A DNA stretch of 64,000 nucleotides from an uncultured bacterium. Its GTDB lineage: Bacteria; Patescibacteriota; Patescibacteriia; CAIQCM01. The stretch is from assembly GCA_963708045.1 (NCBI GenBank), contig OY970181.1, positions 131,740 to 195,739 on the forward strand. Reading direction: 5' to 3'. The notes under the pieces were generated by a model. It saw nothing but the letters and a program-made list of their open reading frames with translations, was not told the DNA's origin and searched no databases. The position numbers and the translations under genes are program-made. Of the stretch, positions 60,101 to 64,000 are shown piece by piece; within the stretch, counting starts at the first letter, position 1, and every line of letters starts with the position of its first letter.

Positions 60101-61399
60101 ACCAGCAACAGGACTACTTCGCGCTGTCCAAGTAATACCATCTGGTGAAGTCATTACTTGATTAGCCGAACTACCCTGATCCTGTGCAACCGCCACAAAA
60201 GTTCCATTGCCATAGGCAACCGAACTCCAAATATTAGTATTTGCCGGTGCGCGACTGGTCCAAGTAACACCATCGGGCGAAGTCATAACTTGTTCGGCTG
60301 TTGGATAGGCGGCATTACCTTTGCCAACGGTAACAAAAAGACCATTGCCATATGTAACCCCACGCCAAAATTGATTATTCCAAGAACCAGACGTTCTTTT
60401 TGTCCAATTTACACCATCGCTTGAGGTAAGGGCGAGAAAGGCAGACGTGGAATTAACTTGATCTCCAACCGCAACAAAGGTGCTATTGCCAAACGCTATT
60501 GAATACAAACCGCTGTATTGATTTGAGTCGCCGCTAACCGTACGCATAGTCCAACTAACCCCACCAATAGAGGTAGCTATTTTATATCGTTTAGTACCTA
60601 TGGTTGCATTGTCTGTGCCAACGGCGACATATACTCCATTGCCGTATGATACGCTAGTCCATCTATCATCACCATCATTGGTATATGGACCACTGGGAAG
60701 ATCGTCGCCAAATTCCCAATCTCCCCATGTGCTTGAAGTTGAACCACTGCCACCGGTACAATTTGTCCCATCAGCAAGACAGACCTTGACGCCGTTTTGC
60801 GTAATATCACCGCTAGCATTTAGCGTACCCGTGATATCCAATTTATATGCTGGATTAGTGTTACCAATACCGATGTTGCCGATAGTATGACCAGAGTAAT
60901 CACCATCTATTCTCATTCTTTCAACTCCATTTGACGAGAATCTAATTGCAGACCTTCCATCATCGCCCCTAGCAGAACCAGACATAAATATAGAACCTCC
61001 TGTAGCTGAGCCAGGAGCTTCTCCATAAAGCTCAAGCCCTCCACCCGTTCCAAACAAAGTTCCCCAACGTTGATTAATTGCATCAAAAGCAAACCCAGCC
61101 GTACCAGATTTAACTTCTAATTTGTATGTAGGCGTCGTCGTTCCAATACCGACACTCCCGCCAAAAATTCCGCCGCCGCTAAGCCAAAAACTTCCCGTTT
61201 GCGCGGCTGTGTTTTGGTTCCAAATCGGTGGGGCAATATTATTGTTCGGCGGCGATGCTGATGGCTCTGACCAAGTTTGCGCCAAAACTTTACTGCCAAA
61301 AATTCCTAGACCGGCGATTATTAAAAGACAAAATAAGCCGACACCGGCGCGAAAACGGAAATACTTGAATCGCTTTTCCGCTTTTTTAAAATTTACCAT
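57137..61399 (-). CDS. Large surface/fibre-like protein with GNVGIGT repeats and an Asp-box beta-propeller
   Basis: N-terminal TM; about ten G-x-V-G-I-G-T repeats; repeated TSPDGITWT/VAYGNG; duplicated CxxGYTAGR module. Confidence 0.85.
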   Translation of the reverse strand: MVNFKKAEKRFKYFRFRAGVGLFCLLIIAGLGIFGSKVLAQTWSEPSASPPNNNIAPPIWNQNTAAQTGSFWLSGGGIFGGSVGIGTTTPTYKLEVKSGTAGFAFDAINQRWGTLFGTGGGLELYGEAPGSATGGSIFMSGSARGDDGRSAIRFSSNGVERMRIDGDYSGHTIGNIGIGNTNPAYKLDITGTLNASGDITQNGVKVCLADGTNCTGGSGSTSSTWGDWEFGDDLPSGPYTNDGDDRWTSVSYGNGVYVAVGTDNATIGTKRYKIATSIGGVSWTMRTVSGDSNQYSGLYSIAFGNSTFVAVGDQVNSTSAFLALTSSDGVNWTKRTSGSWNNQFWRGVTYGNGLFVTVGKGNAAYPTAEQVMTSPDGVTWTSRAPANTNIWSSVAYGNGTFVAVAQDQGSSANQVMTSPDGITWTARSSPVAGWISVAYGNGLFVAVSAGTQIMTSPNGITWTSRTSATAASGYNVTYGNGKFVIVAAYNAPAIIESTDGITWRIATSPDNPNSGQVYWMSVVAGQDEFVTVSYAAHSAHSYNGTNPSGGSGSGSAPISIIYSGTSSCPAGYTAGRPTDGKAYWSSPSGSFIHDGNSYTLATDGTWTTAGTGTAGRVCLSNSAPIVYSNTSSCSTGYTAGRSVDGKAYWSSPSGSFIHDGYIYTLATSGAWTTSSYSASNIGRVCLFASGSGGSISGSGTLNYLPKFTPDGATLGDSQVADDGTNVGIGTSAPASKLHVYTTTIADGMSIDGPNAPALNIKNAGVAKVFLGLATSVGQYVTGSLANDLILRTEDTTNGNMFFVRGTTMIMKLATNGYVGIGTTVPNSLLDVAASDATTYTATTVPNPAIRITNPNATVNNGASLRFSTGDTAGSIVGTSFISAVFTSHTVGSTAGDLVFQMRNAGVVGEVMRLTSIGRLGIGTATPSYLLDVNGEVNGTSLCIAGNCKTSWPAAGGTNYWTASGNNIYSNNTGNVGIGTTSPGSKLSIVEGAGAPGKSFELYFGSGANRPLTMGVSRSNGDAWMGWNAYQGTGDTQTYAVSNYAAMIKSSDGLIFLVAPSGTAGNTISWTNAMSILSNGNVGIGTSSPGAKLETVSGTSTQYAVGQQIVQRLGRPNIDGLVWPEIVDFTIGRYSAGVATAPKTRFDINLKNADSAAQLADVTVMTMQSDGNVGIGTTTPNEKLVVGSDLGALTANTAIVVGDTAADSAIYVGQGGGGVGSIKWVYNGTVVNAAMQIVTAGYSNPVKIDGSSVLLQSGSSGNVGIGTATPGTKGEVYRLETGVRTSYSDILTISAAANTLPYGGHGGGILFRATNYLSGAGNATTLVNSARIGSTITDNSVTHTGASLFFDTTPLEDGVLARAMTILYNGNVGIGTAVPTSKLQVIGLPVYANNAAAITGGLSAGAFYRTGADPDIVCVVH

Positions 61400-61487
61400 A
61401 TATTTAAAATGACTAATTTATACCTAGTTTGTATTCTATTATAGAACAAGCGATATTTTATGTAAAACGAGAAGGAGTGTACCGAGA

Positions 61488-61740
61488 AACGAACTCCCCC
61501 TACCCCCTCTTTTGCAAAGAGTGGGCTAAGACTGACTACAGATCATAAGTCTGCGATTATACAAAGAGAGACGATAAAAGGCGCGAAAAATCTTAGTCCT
61601 CCCTTTGGTAAAAGGGAGGGTAGGGAGAGTTCTGTTTTATTACGTTAGAACGAAACGAACTCCCCCTACCCCCTCTTTTGCAAAGAGTGGGCTAAGACTG
61701 GTTACAGATCATAAGCACATCATTGCGCAAAGAGGGGGCG
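61488..61740 (+). repeat. Tandem CCCTCCC/GGGAGGG hairpin elements
   Basis: AACGAACTCCCCCTACCCCCTCTTTTGCAAAGAGTGGGC occurs twice here and at 52379. Confidence 0.8.
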
Positions 61741-61816
61741 AATATTTTTGTACATTTTATGAAAAGACAGATAATGGTAGTATTAAGCAGGGTTAATTAA
61801 CAAACCTTTTGTATAT

Positions 61817-62404
61817 ATGCACAGGAAATTTCCTTTTGCGCTTATTGTCATCATTATTATTTCTAGTTCTTTTTTAACCAGCTTTGCGATTGTCGCCCAT
61901 CTCTATAGCAAGCCACAGAAGACGAACAAGCTGGGGACCGATTATATGTATGGCTATTCAGCCGGCACCAACGATGCCAAAAAACTACTCGCCGCGAGCG
62001 GAATAATTATTCCTTCAATTTCTCCAGAAATTACTTCTCTTTCGGGAACAATCAAATCTATTAGCGGGGACATGTTAGTAATGACCGTTCTTGGGGACGC
62101 ACCGACCGACTCTCTTAATACTCAAGAATTAAACGAGCGTGTTGTTTTGGTTTCTGAGCAAACAAAAATTATTTCCAGAACCTCAAAAACTACTGCCGAG
62201 ACAGCGGCCGAGTTTAAGGAACTGCAAAAAAGCACAAAAGCGGGGAAGCCACTGCCACCACCAAGTCCTTTTAAAGAAACTGCTGTTAAAATTTCCGCTC
62301 TTAGCGTCGGAACAACGATAACCGTAACCGCGAACGAAAATATTAAAAATGCCAACACGATAAACGCAACGGAAATAACTTTTACGAGCGTTGGGACGAA
62401 ATAA
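61817..62404 (+). CDS. Membrane-anchored hypothetical protein (OB-fold-like)
   Basis: N-terminal TM; LSGTIKSISGD...VSEQTKI...LSVGTTITV. Confidence 0.75.
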   Translation: MHRKFPFALIVIIIISSSFLTSFAIVAHLYSKPQKTNKLGTDYMYGYSAGTNDAKKLLAASGIIIPSISPEITSLSGTIKSISGDMLVMTVLGDAPTDSLNTQELNERVVLVSEQTKIISRTSKTTAETAAEFKELQKSTKAGKPLPPPSPFKETAVKISALSVGTTITVTANENIKNANTINATEITFTSVGTK

Positions 62405-62533
62405 GTTTTTAAGGTCATAGATCAAAAACCCTCATCCGCCCTTTCGGGCACCTTCCCCCATTTTTGGGGGAAGGAATAATAAAATAAAAACCTCCCCGCG
62501 GCAAGCGAGGGAGGTTTTTTGTTTGTTTAAAAT

Positions 62534-63097
62534 TTATTCCGTGGTTCGTTCCACGTACTCGCCGGTTTCGGTAGAGACAACGACTTTTTCGCCTTGTTTG
62601 ATAAATATCGGCGCGTTGATTTTTAAACCCGTTTCTAATTCTATTTCTTTGCTCGCGCGGTTAGACGTGTCGCCGCGTACGGCGTCCGATGCTTGCGTCA
62701 CCACGTAAGAAATTTTCTTAGGGAGTTCAATGTTCACCGGATTGCCTTCAAAAAGGACAATCATACAATCCAGTCCTTCTTTTAAATACGACATTCGGTC
62801 GCCGATCATTTCCTTGGGTACCGCAACTTGTTCATAGCTTTTTTGATCCATAAACGTGGAAGTTGTGGCATCCGAGAAAAGATATTGCATCTTCTTTTTT
62901 TCCACGTCCACAACGTCCAATTCTTCACCGGACTTAAAAGTATTTTCTACAACTTTGCCCAAGCGAACATTCTTAAGGCGCGTGCGCACAAAGGCCGAGC
63001 CCTTGCCCGGGTTAACATGCTGAAATTCCACGACCGCATAAAGGTCGTTTTTCCAGCGAATGACTACGTCTTTTGCGATGTCGGCAGTGGTTTTCAT
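62534..63097 (-). CDS. efp: Elongation factor P
   Basis: HVNPGKGSAFVR, MQYLF, LETGLKINAPIFI, TETGEYVER. Confidence 0.98.
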   Translation of the reverse strand: MKTTADIAKDVVIRWKNDLYAVVEFQHVNPGKGSAFVRTRLKNVRLGKVVENTFKSGEELDVVDVEKKKMQYLFSDATTSTFMDQKSYEQVAVPKEMIGDRMSYLKEGLDCMIVLFEGNPVNIELPKKISYVVTQASDAVRGDTSNRASKEIELETGLKINAPIFIKQGEKVVVSTETGEYVERTTE

Positions 63098-63101
63098 AAT
63101 T

Positions 63102-63173
63102 AACTTTTAACTGTTAACTTTTAACTGTTAGGCTCCGTCCGTCCTAAAAGTTAAAAGTTAAAAGTTAACAGTT
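63102..63173. repeat. Inverted AACTTTT/AAAAGTT heptamer cassette filling the epmA-efp spacer
   Basis: Four units, 16-nt core, four inverted units. Confidence 0.85.
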
Positions 63174-63175
63174 CG

Positions 63176-64000
63176 TCAGCTAAATATTTCCGATGCTGGA
63201 AAGAGGAGAACGTCGTCAATATTTTTTGCGCCGGTAAGCAACATCACGAGCCTGTCCACGCCAAGCGCGTTTCCGGCGGCGGATTTTATTTCGCCGAGTG
63301 CGGCGAGCAAATCTTCGTCAAGCGGCGGAACGTCTTTGCCGAGCCCTGCGCGTTCTTTTGTTTCTTCTTCAAAGCGACGGCGTTGCTCTGCCGGATTAAC
63401 CAATTCGGAAAACGCGTTGCATAATTCCATTCCGCCAGCGTACGCTTCAAACCGTTCGGCATAGCGCGGGTCATCTGTTTTTGCCCGAGCGAGCGCCGCC
63501 ATTTGAATTGGATAATCGTAGAGAATTACCGGCTCGTCCTTTCCAAGTTTAGACTCAATTTCGGTTAGAAAAATCTTAAAAAAACAATCGTCAAACGAGT
63601 CGTTCGGCGAAACGGCATATCCGCGTTCGGTTGCCGACGCAGCCATATTATCACGGGTTAATATTTGGTCAAGATTTAGCCCGATTTTAGCAAAAGCATC
63701 TTTTACCGAAAGACGTTTCCATGAACCATGAAACATGAACCATGAACCATTAACCGCTTGTGCGCAATATTTAACTAATCGCTCTGTATCATCCATCATT
63801 TTATTGTAGTCAGCATCAACACGATACCACTCTAGCATTGTAAACTCTGGGTTATGCGTCGCGCGGTCGCCAAAGCGTTTGCCAAACGGTTCTTCGTTTC
63901 TAAAAACTTTTCCCAGTGAAAAAATTTTGTCCATTCCGGCGGCCAACATTTTTTTGCAAGAAAATTCGGGCGAGGTAATTAAATATGCTGGTTGTTTTTT
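63176..64000 (-). CDS. epmA: EF-P lysine aminoacylase EpmA/GenX (partial, 5' end outside the window)
   Basis: YLITSPE, FRNEE, HNPEFTMLEWYR, AERFEAY, GNALGVDRLVM; adjacent to efp. Confidence 0.92.
   Translation of the reverse strand, partial: KKQPAYLITSPEFSCKKMLAAGMDKIFSLGKVFRNEEPFGKRFGDRATHNPEFTMLEWYRVDADYNKMMDDTERLVKYCAQAVNGSWFMFHGSWKRLSVKDAFAKIGLNLDQILTRDNMAASATERGYAVSPNDSFDDCFFKIFLTEIESKLGKDEPVILYDYPIQMAALARAKTDDPRYAERFEAYAGGMELCNAFSELVNPAEQRRRFEEETKERAGLGKDVPPLDEDLLAALGEIKSAAGNALGVDRLVMLLTGAKNIDDVLLFPASEIFS

Overview
64-kb chromosomal segment, inferred to be from a Patescibacteria (CPR, Parcubacteria-like) bacterium using genetic code 11; the basis is 16S primer-site variants, an unlinked 16S gene and CPR-type surface and pilin genes. 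Core genes are rpsP, khpA, trmD, 16S rRNA, yebC, ruvC, rpoB, rpoC, ftsK, recA, efp, epmA and tRNAs Thr, Ile, Phe, Pro and Gly. Accessory content includes 12 type IV pilin-like genes in three clusters (six LamG-fused), a WxL-like/cohesin-dockerin surface cluster, a myxobacterial-style Cys-rich lipoprotein, an IS481-family element with a nonsense codon and several palindromic repeat families. Two systems stand out. (1) A promoter- and terminator-bounded 0.9-kb non-coding unit between rpsP and khpA holds five tRNA-shaped RNAs: one canonical, one with an odd anticodon loop and three with structured anticodon-arm expansions. (2) Period-7 DNA repeat arrays of at least five sequence types bracket a four-helix-bundle gene as inverted arrays, recur as empty inverted cassettes at gene junctions, and have entered trmD and epmA in frame. 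A rod-shaped, 6S-like ncRNA candidate lies at about 52160-52359. All functional calls come from motif recognition by eye; no database searches were run.
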